A stretch of DNA of 43,151 nt, from IMG/VR virus record IMGVR_UViG_2917403263_000003; one strand, written 5' to 3'. Positions 1-9,930 of this stretch are shown here, one piece after another; the stretch's first letter is position 1, and each line of letters opens with the position of its first letter. This stretch comes from a virus. Its lineage: Duplodnaviria > Heunggongvirae > Uroviricota > Caudoviricetes. Below the pieces are notes generated by a model. That model had not been told where the DNA came from. It was given only the letters and a program-made list of their open reading frames with translations, and did not search any database. Both the position numbers and the translations under genes were made by a program.

Positions 1-603
1 TCAAGCACCTGTTGCGGCTAATTTACAAGCGGGTTTGTCGGGAAATTTCACAGGTAATTCAGATGTGTCCGTCGCTTCAACTTTTTGGGCATACAACATC
101 CACTCCCTGAGTGATTTTTTATCAGCTTCGCTGATAATCCCAAGTGACAGCCACGTTTGCCACAGCTGTGTTTTTTCCATTATCTCCTGAAGTAATTTTT
201 GCTTCTCCCGTTCAGCGTCACGAATTTTCGCCGCCCTTTCGGCCTCGTCGTCTTTTATCCATTTCGCACCATCCCATTGATGGAATTCCCCCTCTGGCGG
301 TAAAGTGGTGACATCATCCGGCAAAGCCCCCGGACGGGAAATGCACAATGTCTTCCCGGTGGCTGTGTCATATACCGTTTTCCCACGGTGGTCTTCAACA
401 ACTTCCCACTGTTGCTGCGCATCGTTGAAAACGGCAACCAGGCCGGGGCCAGCCTCTGGCGGTTCGATAAGCGTGCAGTTCGCCGGTAATCCCGTATACG
501 GTGGAATATAAACATCTCCTGCGCCTATATACTCTTTTGTATCAGCCCGTAAGTTATAAATTTTCAGTGTCCGCGATTCCGGACTCATTTTGAAATTTGT
601 CAT
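1..603 (-). CDS. tail fiber assembly protein (Tfa-like)
   Basis: 200-aa ORF directly after a tail fibre gene with 4-nt overlap; C-terminal region typical of lambda/Mu-type Tfa chaperones. Confidence 0.75.
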   Translation of the reverse strand: MTNFKMSPESRTLKIYNLRADTKEYIGAGDVYIPPYTGLPANCTLIEPPEAGPGLVAVFNDAQQQWEVVEDHRGKTVYDTATGKTLCISRPGALPDDVTTLPPEGEFHQWDGAKWIKDDEAERAAKIRDAEREKQKLLQEIMEKTQLWQTWLSLGIISEADKKSLREWMLYAQKVEATDTSELPVKFPDKPACKLAATGA

Positions 604-1997
604 GCCAGTCTCACAATGAAGTTAAACGCGATATTTTTAACTGTATTTTCTGCATTACCCGTCTCATCAACTGTGACATCATGACCATGCTCGCCCAGTG
701 CCACGGTATGAATATGCGGGCCGATATAAACCACATGCACATGCTCGCCTCCGCTGCTGGTTGTTATATCCGCTATATATCCTGGCGTGTCCCACTTTGT
801 TCCTCCGTTCCTCGTTGTAGAACCTGTCCAGACTCCGTTGGTAATGTGATTATGCAATCCTCCATGCTCTGTACTTTTAGAGCCATAATCAAAGGAACTT
901 GTCTCCCTGGCTCCCAAATCCGTCGGTAATACCTTTGCCGTATGCCCGTGCCGCTTAACACCATCCTCTTCATGAGACAGTACTGCGCGCCCGTCTGGTT
1001 TGCCTTTTATTGTCCACCCCCGCATATCAGGTATTACACCTGACGGAAATACAGCTGCCAGTTGTGGATACGCAGATTTATCGAATGGCTGCCCCTGCAT
1101 TATTGCAAACCCCTCCGGGGGAATATCCGCTGGCCATGCAAAAGCTATCCCTGCCGGATAAGTACCGACAGATTTCAGTTCATCGACCGCTTTTCTGGCA
1201 CTGTCACTGTACTCTTTTGCATCCTCTGAACTTTTCCTGGATTCGTCGGCAAAGCGACCGGCTTCGTTTCTTAACTGCGTTGTCAGCTGTGCATTCCGCT
1301 CCACAGACTGCGCTGCATCCGTTACTGTCAGGGTATTCTGATGCACCTGGCTGGCATTCTGCGCAACTTCTGATGCCAGACGCTCAACATGCTGTACGTT
1401 CTGATAAACATCGCCTGCATTCTGTCGAATATCTGTCGCCAGGATTTCCACCTGCTTTTCAGTTTGTGCAGCATCCGAAGCGTGCTGTCCGGCACTTTGC
1501 GCGCATCCCGCAGCGATTTCGGCATTCTTCCGTGATTGTTCTTTAAATTCCTCCGCCTTATTTGTATTGTCCAGAGCTGCTGATGCTGCATTTTTTGCAG
1601 CATCAGCAGCTGCTTCTGCTTTCTCCTTGTCAATACTCACCTGTTCAGAGAGACGGTTGACTGCATCTGCAATTTCCTCAAAACGCTTCACCACATCCGG
1701 CTTCAGGTCGTCTTCATCAAGGGCGGTCAGAAAGTCGTTCAGCGTGCCGGGCTTTGAGTCGTAATAAACTGAAATGTCACCGACACAATATTCTCTTTCA
1801 ATGCACGACCGAAGATATACATCATATTTTCCGGTCTGAGCCTCAAAGGCATATTCTCCTGCCGCCCCTGTCACCACTGCAGCCACCGTTCTCATGACCA
1901 CTGCAGATGTATTCTGCCGGGCTTTCAGAATAATATGGTATCCGGACATGGGGAGTCCCGCGCCATCAGTCAGCACACCTGAAATTAATACAGCCAT
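600..1997 (-). CDS. side tail fiber protein (lambda Stf / prophage tail-fibre N-terminal type)
   Basis: 465 aa; N-terminus [14 protein letters not shown]... resembles StfR/Stf N-terminal domain; long Ala/Gln-rich coiled region; His-rich C-terminus ([14 protein letters not shown]) as in fibre tips; ATG at 1995-1997. Confidence 0.7.
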   Translation of the reverse strand: MAVLISGVLTDGAGLPMSGYHIILKARQNTSAVVMRTVAAVVTGAAGEYAFEAQTGKYDVYLRSCIEREYCVGDISVYYDSKPGTLNDFLTALDEDDLKPDVVKRFEEIADAVNRLSEQVSIDKEKAEAAADAAKNAASAALDNTNKAEEFKEQSRKNAEIAAGCAQSAGQHASDAAQTEKQVEILATDIRQNAGDVYQNVQHVERLASEVAQNASQVHQNTLTVTDAAQSVERNAQLTTQLRNEAGRFADESRKSSEDAKEYSDSARKAVDELKSVGTYPAGIAFAWPADIPPEGFAIMQGQPFDKSAYPQLAAVFPSGVIPDMRGWTIKGKPDGRAVLSHEEDGVKRHGHTAKVLPTDLGARETSSFDYGSKSTEHGGLHNHITNGVWTGSTTRNGGTKWDTPGYIADITTSSGGEHVHVVYIGPHIHTVALGEHGHDVTVDETGNAENTVKNIAFNFIVRLA

Positions 1998-2021
1998 TTT
2001 TATTACCTGATACAGAAAACA

Positions 2022-3122
2022 CTAACCAAAATAATTCACGCCCTTTTTATCCGCTTTCTTCTTCCCTGAGGCCTTCCCTTTCGCGGAAATATCGGTAGCC
2101 AGCGACAGATTCAGCGCAAACCCCTGCCCTGGTGCCAGTGAAAACTCCACTGACTCTGCCTGCCAGTTATGATCTTCCCGTACTCCAAACCCCTGCGTGA
2201 TAAAACGCATCTCTGCTCCCGCTTTCAGCAGTGCCGGTCTGCACGGTAGCGTTATCGTCATCTGGCGTCCGGCTTTCTGCACGCGTTTAACTTTCGAGTC
2301 TGCACAGTGTTTTGCGGTGCCCTGGTCAGGCTGGGTAAACGGATGCCGCTTGTCTGTAGACTCCACATCCACTTTAACTTCTCGTGTGCGTCCGTCACGG
2401 GTATCAAAATATCGGACACCCACTTTCCCATTCTTTTTGTCTCCCTTCCCACTACCCGCAGCACCCTGTCGTTCGCCCTCCCGGTAATCCCAGTCTGACA
2501 CCATATCCGGTGTGATGGTCATCACAGGGGTATCTCTTCCGCCTGTACTCTGCGATGCGCCATACTCCAGAAATAACCAGTAACCGTTCGTCGGTTTACT
2601 GGTGGCACCATACACGCCTGCAAGCCGGGACAGGAGGGCTGCGTCTGATTCTGATGACTGCATCACCCAGGAGATACGAATATCAGCAAGCGATGGTGAA
2701 ACCCGCGCCACCAGATTATTTTCAGTGGCGATGTTTTTTACCAGGTCGCCCAGCGTGATATCGCTGAAGGCGCGGGTTTTCAGTGCGGTCACATCCGCGC
2801 CATGTCTGGACGCATTCATGGGGGCTGCGGTGGCATAAATGGTGATCCGGCGGGGAGGGCCACCGCTTGCCACCTGACAGACGGTAAAGCTGCCTTTATT
2901 TACCAGATTTCCATTAAATCCCAGCCCCAGCGTTAATACCGCACCTTTCGGAGGCAGCACCATCGTCTCGCTGAACAGCGTTACCATCAGTTCATCGGAT
3001 CGCTTTGTGGCCGCACCATTATCGGTATAACGCAGTTCTGCCAGCCCCCGCTTTATGGCCTTTGTGATATCATTACCTTCCGCTGTCAGACTGAAATCAG
3101 GCTGATATTCATTCAGTCCCAT
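2022..3122 (-). CDS. tail protein D (P2 gpD-like)
   Basis: 366 aa, last gene of the P2-type tail operon after U and X; motifs NKGSFTV and ITIYATAAP resemble P2 gpD as recalled. Confidence 0.7.
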   Translation of the reverse strand: MGLNEYQPDFSLTAEGNDITKAIKRGLAELRYTDNGAATKRSDELMVTLFSETMVLPPKGAVLTLGLGFNGNLVNKGSFTVCQVASGGPPRRITIYATAAPMNASRHGADVTALKTRAFSDITLGDLVKNIATENNLVARVSPSLADIRISWVMQSSESDAALLSRLAGVYGATSKPTNGYWLFLEYGASQSTGGRDTPVMTITPDMVSDWDYREGERQGAAGSGKGDKKNGKVGVRYFDTRDGRTREVKVDVESTDKRHPFTQPDQGTAKHCADSKVKRVQKAGRQMTITLPCRPALLKAGAEMRFITQGFGVREDHNWQAESVEFSLAPGQGFALNLSLATDISAKGKASGKKKADKKGVNYFG

Positions 3123-3330
3123 AACTGAAACGCCTCCTCCTCTTCCGGCTCATATGTCCAGTCCGGCAACACGATTTCCACCCTGCGGGATACACCGGAC
3201 CAAAGTCAGCAATCCCCGGATTAGCCTCCAGTACCGCTGCCAGTGACTGGTTAAGTCCGGCACTGCCATAGTGTCTCTGACAGATATCATCCAGCATATC
3301 GCCGTCAGTGGTCCGCCAGTTTTTCGCCAT
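3109..3330 (-). CDS. tail protein X (gpX-like), reading frame interrupted by a single-base indel
   Basis: N-terminal 49 aa gpX-like; after ...VYPAG the listed frame is W/C/R-rich junk, while the adjacent frame reads VEIVLPDWTYEPEEEEAFQLWD-stop, a typical gpX C-terminus. Confidence 0.6.
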   Translation of the reverse strand: MAKNWRTTDGDMLDDICQRHYGSAGLNQSLAAVLEANPGIADFGPVYPAGWKSCCRTGHMSRKRRRRFSYGTE

Positions 3331-3793
3331 AGTATTTCAGCTCCAGTGTGAACGTTTTGTTCTTCGGCGCACCGCCGGGAAGAAAGGACGTGGTGTTATC
3401 TGAATAGGCAGTTGCCACAAAATACCCCATCACATCACCTGTGCTCGAAACCAGAAGATGCGGAGCCGGATTGTCATCCACCATCTGAACCAGTGTATCA
3501 AGAGCATCCATTCCCACACCGTCACGAAATCCCGCATGCACCATACCTTCAAGGGTTATTGTTCTGGCCCCCTTACCGGTATACTGCAGCAGGTCGTTTT
3601 TTCCGATAAGTTGCTGTTCATCCCATCGCCATTCCATAGTGCGCTTCATGGCGTTATAGGCTGCCGTATCAATACTGAATTCAAACTCACCAAACGACAG
3701 CATGACGCGGGAGGCGACATCCGTTAATGAGCCCACCGCGTCCCATGCTTCACGCTCAAGCCGGTTTACGCCCCAGCCCAGCAAATCCACCAT
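3305..3793 (-). CDS. tail protein U (gpU-like)
   Basis: About 162 aa between tape measure and X; ATG at 3791-3793 immediately after tape-measure stop. Confidence 0.65.
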   Translation of the reverse strand: MVDLLGWGVNRLEREAWDAVGSLTDVASRVMLSFGEFEFSIDTAAYNAMKRTMEWRWDEQQLIGKNDLLQYTGKGARTITLEGMVHAGFRDGVGMDALDTLVQMVDDNPAPHLLVSSTGDVMGYFVATAYSDNTTSFLPGGAPKNKTFTLELKYYGEKLADH

Positions 3794-3795
3794 GT

Positions 3796-5457
3796 TCACC
3801 CCCAGAATGCATCACCATCGGTCATGCGAGAACGCTGACCAAAATTAATATCTCCCAGATTTTTCGTTACCCTGTCTGCCAGTTGTCCGGCATCCTCGCC
3901 GGGCTTCTGAGTGATGTTAAATTCCGCCCGTATCTGATACGTGGGTTTTACTTCCACCTGGCTGATACTGCCGGGGGTATCCTGAAGAGCCGAGAGAGGA
4001 TCCGGGTTTTTCTGCTCCTGCCCGACAGCAGGCAGCGCACCATATTTCACCAGACCATTGCGGATTGCCTCTTCCCACCCCTTAAAGTCGGGAGTATCTT
4101 CTGGCCCCAGCAAAGGGTCGAGAAATGCATCAAACTTTTTATCGTCATGATTCCATGGGAGATAACCGCGAGTGTCTTTATAGGCCTGTACAACCTGTTT
4201 CGTCAGGTCCGGATTTTGCCTGAGAAGTTCATCAAACCATTCACCCTGACCGTTTTTCTGCGCCACCGCTCTCGCCAGCTCCGGCGACCCCATTTTTGCC
4301 AGATATTCCAGCACTTCTCGTCGGTCCTCTCGCGGATCATCCGCCAGCCCCCACTCAATGGCTTTTTGTGTAATTCCGCCCAATACTTTTCCGAATTTCC
4401 ACATCCATGCAGCCATCCTGATCAACGTCGGCAAAGCGACGTCATTTATAAATTCCTGAATTTTTTCAAGTCCACCATTCTTAAACCAGTCCGCAAGGTC
4501 ATCCGTCACCTGTTGAATATGTGGTGACAGCTCCTTACCCAGTTTCCCACTGATGTCATCAATGGAAGAGCTCAGAACATTACGGAGATTTGACAGCGCC
4601 ACATGCCCCTGAACTGCGCCATCAGCCCCTTCCTTTGTCACCAGGTTATAGCGTTTCTGCTCACTGATAAGTTCCTGGAAGGTCTTTCCTGACAGACGCA
4701 TCCAGGTCAGAATTTTATTGGCCTCACCACCAAACAGCGCATCTGCCATACCCGCCGCCTGCTGCTCATTCTCCACCTGCAGTAAGCGTTCAAACAAAAA
4801 TTCGACTTGCTCCTGGTTGCTTTTTCCGGCCATTACGCCCGCCTTCAGCCCCAGTTTACCGAATACCTCCTGAATGGCTCCTTTGTCCGTGGCACCATTA
4901 TCATCGTCAAAAACCTTGTTCCGGTATTCCTCAAACAGATCACCGATGTTTTCGCCGTTTAACCCCATCTGCCGGCCCAGTGAATCCCACGCCGCATAGG
5001 TTTCATAATCCACCCCGTAACTCCGGGCTATCCCTGACCGCTCTGCCGTTTCCGCATTCCGGTTCAGTACCGCGCCGGCACCGGCTGCCAGCGTCAGTCC
5101 GGAACCAACCGAAAGCCCCAGCCCGGTTTTAAGAACCGTCCCGGCCCGTCCTTTCCAGCGTTCCAGACGTTCTGCCCGCGCCAGCTTACGGTTAAATTTA
5201 TCCTGTTCCCCGGTGGCATCATGAATTTTTCTGCCCAGCTTTTCATACTGCTTTCGCAGTTCGGTAATATCCTGTCCTGCCAGTACACCAGCCTGAATTT
5301 TTCGTTTCAGTACGTCCTGCTGGCGTGTCAGGCGAGCCACTTCCTGTGTTGCCCCTGATAATCCGTGCTTCAGTCCATCAACCGATTTTTTCCACGACGG
5401 ATCTATCGAACCTCCGATCCGGATATTCGCTTTAAGGTTATCGCCCACCGTTGCCAT
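3796..5457 (-). CDS. tail tape measure protein
   Basis: 553 aa, Gly/Ala-rich N-terminal segment, long helical region; positioned after chaperone E/E' and before U; ATG at 5455-5457. Confidence 0.8.
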   Translation of the reverse strand: MATVGDNLKANIRIGGSIDPSWKKSVDGLKHGLSGATQEVARLTRQQDVLKRKIQAGVLAGQDITELRKQYEKLGRKIHDATGEQDKFNRKLARAERLERWKGRAGTVLKTGLGLSVGSGLTLAAGAGAVLNRNAETAERSGIARSYGVDYETYAAWDSLGRQMGLNGENIGDLFEEYRNKVFDDDNGATDKGAIQEVFGKLGLKAGVMAGKSNQEQVEFLFERLLQVENEQQAAGMADALFGGEANKILTWMRLSGKTFQELISEQKRYNLVTKEGADGAVQGHVALSNLRNVLSSSIDDISGKLGKELSPHIQQVTDDLADWFKNGGLEKIQEFINDVALPTLIRMAAWMWKFGKVLGGITQKAIEWGLADDPREDRREVLEYLAKMGSPELARAVAQKNGQGEWFDELLRQNPDLTKQVVQAYKDTRGYLPWNHDDKKFDAFLDPLLGPEDTPDFKGWEEAIRNGLVKYGALPAVGQEQKNPDPLSALQDTPGSISQVEVKPTYQIRAEFNITQKPGEDAGQLADRVTKNLGDINFGQRSRMTDGDAFWG

Positions 5458-5877
5458 AACATCGCTTCCTCTCTTCCGACTCCGCCAGCATCATTGCCAC
5501 AAAATCCGTATACGGCAGCGCCATCACATCTCCCGGAGACCACCCGAACCAGGCACCGGCGCGCCGTATCGCCGTCAGGATGCTTTCTTCTTCCGCCGGA
5601 CCGGCGGCAGCAAAAAAACATTGAACTGCCGCTCCAGGGTCAGGTAATCACACGCTTCCATGTTCATCATGTCCGCCGCGTCCATCCCGCACAGACCGGC
5701 AATCATATCCAGATCAGCCTCTGCTTCCGGTTTGGTACTCCGGCGATGCAACAGACGATCGCGGACGGTAGGCGCACGCATGGTGACATGCGTGATCGTC
5801 TGTCCTGATGCGGTGACATACGGCACGGATAACACAATTTCCACACTGCTGGCGGGAACACTGTTTTTTTCCGACAT
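5438..5877 (-). CDS. tail assembly chaperone gpE and frameshift-extended gpE+E'
   Basis: 100-aa ORF 5575..5877 with strong RBS (AAAAGGAG); slippery T7G on coding strand at 5611-5617; -1 frame continues 56 aa (...WFGWSPGDVMALPYTDF...) to a stop overlapping tape-measure start. Confidence 0.6.
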
Positions 5878-5890
5878 AATCGTCTCCTTT

Positions 5891-5916
5891 TAAAAAAAAA
5901 AGCGGCCTGAGCCGCC
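5891..5916 (-). terminator. intrinsic terminator between tube and chaperone genes
   Basis: GC hairpin (gcggc-ctga-gccgc) followed by T10 on the minus strand. Confidence 0.45.
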
Positions 5917-5936
5917 TGAATGACAGGATGCCGGGA

Positions 5937-6455
5937 TTAAACCCGGATAATTTTTTTCAGATCCGACAGAACATTAACGCCGTTAATACGACGCACAAAT
6001 TCCTCCGGAATAATGCAGATGGTTTCCAGACCGTCGACAGCCTGACGGTAATAACTCAGTGACATTTCCACCGTCACCGAAGCCTCAGCCTGTGATGTTG
6101 CCGGGCGCGCATCCGGGGTGATACTGGTGATCATCCCCTGCAGGGTTTCCACCTGTCCGCTGGTCGCATTCCCCACCCGGTAAGCCTGACGAACAACGAT
6201 CTCCGGTGAATAAAGTCCGGCCTGCAACCCCAGCAGAGTCAGCATGGCAACATCGTAGCCATAAATTTTAAATGAGCAGGTCAGTGCTTCCATGCCATCA
6301 TCCACTGCTACCGGTGCATCCATTGCGCCGGTTTTGATATCCACTGTCGTGATATTAATGGCAGGCGGCGTGTATTCATGTGCCCCCTGAAGACGGATCC
6401 CGCCAGGAAGAAATAACGCCCACGCGCGCAACAGTTTTTTTTCACCCGTAATCAT
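5937..6455 (-). CDS. tail tube protein (P2 FII-like)
   Basis: 172 aa directly downstream of sheath with ATGA overlap; size and position match FII. Confidence 0.8.
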   Translation of the reverse strand: MITGEKKLLRAWALFLPGGIRLQGAHEYTPPAINITTVDIKTGAMDAPVAVDDGMEALTCSFKIYGYDVAMLTLLGLQAGLYSPEIVVRQAYRVGNATSGQVETLQGMITSITPDARPATSQAEASVTVEMSLSYYRQAVDGLETICIIPEEFVRRINGVNVLSDLKKIIRV

Positions 6456-7927
6456 ACTGTCAGCTCCTCCAGCGCCAGTTTATTGTTAATCATCGCCCGC
6501 AGTGTCAGGCGCTCCAGTGGTGACTTCGGCCCAAAGTCATAATCAATATACAACTGCCCTGCCGCCAGGGTTTCTGCTGTATTCAGTTCATCATTCAGCC
6601 AGGCACTGCCTCCGTGGATCGCGCCCAGATTTTTAAGCTGGCGCATATAGGCATTAATACTGCCAAGAATGTCTTCTGCCACATCCCGATCAAGCGGCCG
6701 ATCGACATAAGGCAGCATGGCCTCCTGAATGCTGTCTTCAATCACATCTGCTGTACGGCGTACCGGCTCAAAACGCCACTGACTGTGGGATGAGCACAGA
6801 CGGTTCCCCCAGTGTTTAAAACCGTCGTGGCGAATAATGGTGGAGATATTTTCCATGTTCAGCAGGTTTGCTGTGCAGTTCTGCTCTCCGAGAATAAATG
6901 TGTCAACCTGCTCCAGTCCGGTGATATTCATCACGTCCTGGTTTGACTTGGACCACCACCATCCTTTTTCGTAATCAATACGGGCACGTAGCCCTGCAGC
7001 TCGTGCTGAATACGGACGAAATACCGTCTGCCCGCTGTCATCCATCACTGACACGCGCGGACGCAGCAGCTCCACACGCCCGCCAAAGGACGCACGTCGC
7101 TGAACCACATCCTGCGGCGTTGCCATTGAGGGGGAGTCTATATAGGCCACGGCCCGTAACTTCGCTGCGTACGTTTCCAGCGCCTTTGCCACGCCATCAT
7201 CCTCACTGTAACCAGTAGCGATAAGAATGCGCGGCTGGTAGCCCGTTTTTCCTTTGCTTTCCATCAGGGCTTCCATTGCCCGAATGACTGCCGCGCGCTG
7301 TTCTGCTTCCTTTGCCTTCGTTTTGCTTTCCGCACGCACCACAATCACCAGCGCACCTGTCTGGTCAAAAATATCACGCAGGGCCGGATATAATGTCCCG
7401 GCTGCGCCCAGTTTCCCGGCCTGAGTTAACGCCCCCGCCACCACCACCGGTGTATTAACCGGAAACGCCTCATCCTCTCCGCCGGATAAGGTCAGACTGA
7501 ACGGCGACACCACATTATTTTCTGCACCCTCTGCATTCAGTGGACTGACCGCCACTGTCACTGGCGAATCACCCAGTGCATTCACCACCTCAATCACACG
7601 AGCCACCGTGGTGTTAACCTGGCTGCGTTCATCCGTACCCAGCGTTATCATCAGGGTCGAACCTTCCAGCGAAGCCGCTGTCTGCGCGCTTTGCTCTGTG
7701 GCAGCGACAGCAACAACCGAAATATTATTGCCAGCCCTACCTTCCTGTTTCGCCGTAAAATCCAGCGCCGTTCCCAGCAGCCACGAACCAGCTGTACCGG
7801 AAGCACACACACCACCGGAGGCGTCCGGCGCGGTCCCCACCAGGCCAATTACAGCCGTGGAGATGGTCTGCACGGCAACCGTGCCTGTCGTCAGTTCAAT
7901 GGTTTCAACACCATGTAGTCCGGACAT
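6452..7927 (-). CDS. tail sheath protein (P2 FI-like)
   Basis: About 491 aa from ATG 7925-7927 (RBS GGGAG); N-terminus MSGLHGVETIELTTGT... resembles P2 FI; C-terminal LYIDYDF motif. Confidence 0.85.
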   Translation of the reverse strand: MSGLHGVETIELTTGTVAVQTISTAVIGLVGTAPDASGGVCASGTAGSWLLGTALDFTAKQEGRAGNNISVVAVAATEQSAQTAASLEGSTLMITLGTDERSQVNTTVARVIEVVNALGDSPVTVAVSPLNAEGAENNVVSPFSLTLSGGEDEAFPVNTPVVVAGALTQAGKLGAAGTLYPALRDIFDQTGALVIVVRAESKTKAKEAEQRAAVIRAMEALMESKGKTGYQPRILIATGYSEDDGVAKALETYAAKLRAVAYIDSPSMATPQDVVQRRASFGGRVELLRPRVSVMDDSGQTVFRPYSARAAGLRARIDYEKGWWWSKSNQDVMNITGLEQVDTFILGEQNCTANLLNMENISTIIRHDGFKHWGNRLCSSHSQWRFEPVRRTADVIEDSIQEAMLPYVDRPLDRDVAEDILGSINAYMRQLKNLGAIHGGSAWLNDELNTAETLAAGQLYIDYDFGPKSPLERLTLRAMINNKLALEELTV

Positions 7928-7940
7928 ACATTTCTCCCAT

Positions 7941-7963
7941 AAAAAAACCGCCCTTAAGGCGGT
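7941..7963 (-). terminator. intrinsic terminator upstream of sheath gene
   Basis: accgcc-cttaa-ggcggt hairpin followed by T7 on minus strand, between Tfa stop and sheath RBS. Confidence 0.5.
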
Positions 7964-7982
7964 CAGATAATTCATTTCTTTT

Positions 7983-8528
7983 TCAGATATTTTGTGGTGG
8001 CTCAGGCCAGACGATATTGTTGCAAGTGGCCTTATCCGAAATATTGCTGAAATCCATCATCTGCAATTTCTTTGCGTAAATACGGTACGCCTTCAGCTTT
8101 TCTTTATCTTCGTCGCTGATTAACCCAAGTTGCAGGTCTTTTTCCCACTCGCTGGTCACGATACTGACCTGCTTTAACAGAGCATCGCGTTCGTCTTCTG
8201 CTTTTAATTTGTAGTCGAAAACAAATTCATCATTGCGGTAAAACCAGTAGCCTGACGCTGCAATACGACGATTCGCGGTAATGTCCGGCAGTTCAATTAC
8301 GCTTTTATTTTCCGGGCAAACCGATGTGATATTTTTCCCGACCCAGACGACTTCTCCCGTTTTGACATAAATCACTTTGAGTGTGTCTGGCTGAAATTTT
8401 TCCTGAGCTTCGTGCCATTCCTGACCATCCTCTGAGAACAGCCACAATAAAAATTTATGCTGTCGTGCCAGTTGGTATTGCTCAATCGTTTTAGGGTTCT
8501 GAACAGAAATATTTTTTAAATGCATCAT
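7983..8528 (-). CDS. tail fiber assembly protein (P2 gpG-like)
   Basis: 181 aa directly after the gpH-like fibre; C-terminus typical of Tfa. Confidence 0.7.
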   Translation of the reverse strand: MMHLKNISVQNPKTIEQYQLARQHKFLLWLFSEDGQEWHEAQEKFQPDTLKVIYVKTGEVVWVGKNITSVCPENKSVIELPDITANRRIAASGYWFYRNDEFVFDYKLKAEDERDALLKQVSIVTSEWEKDLQLGLISDEDKEKLKAYRIYAKKLQMMDFSNISDKATCNNIVWPEPPQNI

Positions 8529-8565
8529 AATTACAAACTCGCTACATTCCGCCAGACGCCATTAA

Positions 8566-9918
8566 TCAGAACCTGCACCGGGCGGCATTCGCCCAGTCCA
8601 CGCTTTCGCCACCATCAACACCGCTCAGCAAATGGCCTGATGGTGCATTCCCTCCACGCCCAATCCCAACCGCACTCCCCAGTCGCACATCCTGTACGAT
8701 CCCTGTTTTCATCTGGTAACGGGCATCAAAGTTTCCATAATTTGATGGCACTACCTGTCCGTTTACAGCGAACGTGATGCTGTTATCTGTATTCCTCTGG
8801 CTGTAAAAATGCCAGCCTGAATCATCACCAAGTTCAACAACTACGGGTCTGGATGAATGCCCCCATAAATTAAACGTTGCATTTTTCGCAGATTCGTTAG
8901 TGCTGGATAGCGTAAATTTCCTGGCATTTCCGGCCTGAATATTTTTTAACGCTATTGCCACCCCATTCTGAAAACGAAATACATGCTGTCCATTCGCATA
9001 AACATCCAGAATGCCGTCGCCGTTTTGTTTTATACCTGTATCGTTATCTCCGAGAGCAATTGAGTTACCGCCCAGTGCGTTCTGAACGCCGATACCCAAT
9101 GCACCATTCACCTGAGAACCACCGCCAACAGACAATTTGTGCGACATGGATATCTCACCCGTCCGCAAATTTATGGTGAACGGACGCAGGGAGCCAATAT
9201 CGCCATTTTCACCCTGACCTTCACTGGTAGGGATAAGGTGCAGGCACTCTTCCGAACGACGAAAAATCAGGCCAAAAGCTTCGTTGAAAATCCTCAGCGC
9301 ATTCACACCATGGATTTTCAGTTCCCCGCTCATGGTGTCACCATCACGCTGAACGGCATTTTTTGCCTTGTCTACCGTGGGTTTTAATCCGAGGTTATCA
9401 ATTGCTTCGTCATTGTCTTCCACATCTGAAAGATTGTTTTTTCGCTGCAGATAACGCCTGTCACCTGTTTCCTGGGTAATAATGGCCCTTTCAGGATCAA
9501 TCTCCAGCGTCACATTCTGGGTGTGGGTAAGCGCCAGAACCATTGTCAGTATAACTTCTTTGATAACAGAATCAGTCTGCGCCGGTAAATACGTGTCGGG
9601 ATAACGACCATAAGCAATCAGCGTACCGCTGCTGCTAACCATTCCCAGCTCACGCAAGGTTCTTCCGGGATATTTTTTACAGTCAATGACAATGTCACCA
9701 CTGATAAATCCCTGCTCAACCTTACCTTCAGAAAACACTTCCTGACCAAATTGCCCCAACAATGCCGACATTGAAGCCATCTCATCCGGTGTTGATGGTA
9801 ACGTTTTACCGCCGCCATCCCCCGTCAGTACATGAGTGATCGTAACCACCTGACCAGTCTGATAAGCCGATTCAATTTCGGCTGCTCCTTGTATTGTTAA
9901 CGTCAGTCCTGATGGCAT
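8566..9918 (-). CDS. tail fiber protein (P2 gpH-like)
   Basis: 450 aa; N-terminal GDGGGK motif and C-terminal NALGGNSIALGDNDTGIKQNGDG... region resemble P2 H as recalled; follows gpI. Confidence 0.75.
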   Translation of the reverse strand: MPSGLTLTIQGAAEIESAYQTGQVVTITHVLTGDGGGKTLPSTPDEMASMSALLGQFGQEVFSEGKVEQGFISGDIVIDCKKYPGRTLRELGMVSSSGTLIAYGRYPDTYLPAQTDSVIKEVILTMVLALTHTQNVTLEIDPERAIITQETGDRRYLQRKNNLSDVEDNDEAIDNLGLKPTVDKAKNAVQRDGDTMSGELKIHGVNALRIFNEAFGLIFRRSEECLHLIPTSEGQGENGDIGSLRPFTINLRTGEISMSHKLSVGGGSQVNGALGIGVQNALGGNSIALGDNDTGIKQNGDGILDVYANGQHVFRFQNGVAIALKNIQAGNARKFTLSSTNESAKNATFNLWGHSSRPVVVELGDDSGWHFYSQRNTDNSITFAVNGQVVPSNYGNFDARYQMKTGIVQDVRLGSAVGIGRGGNAPSGHLLSGVDGGESVDWANAARCRF

Positions 9919-9930
9919 ACATTCTCCTTA

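Noticed and set aside
600-1997. Invertase crossover (hix/gix-like) site inside the side tail fibre gene
   Set aside because: Scanned for the AAACC-NN-GGTTT core with flanking symmetry and found none in the window; an invertible segment, if present, must lie beyond position 1.
3727-4527. 266-aa plus-strand ORF antisense to the tape measure gene
   Set aside because: Fully embedded antisense to a confidently assigned structural gene; composition Arg/Pro/Ser-rich as expected for a shadow frame of GC-rich coding DNA.
5403-5621. 72-aa minus-strand ORF as the E' frameshift product
   Set aside because: It is in the third frame; the real -1 extension after the T7G slippery site has no own start codon and is therefore absent from the ORF track.
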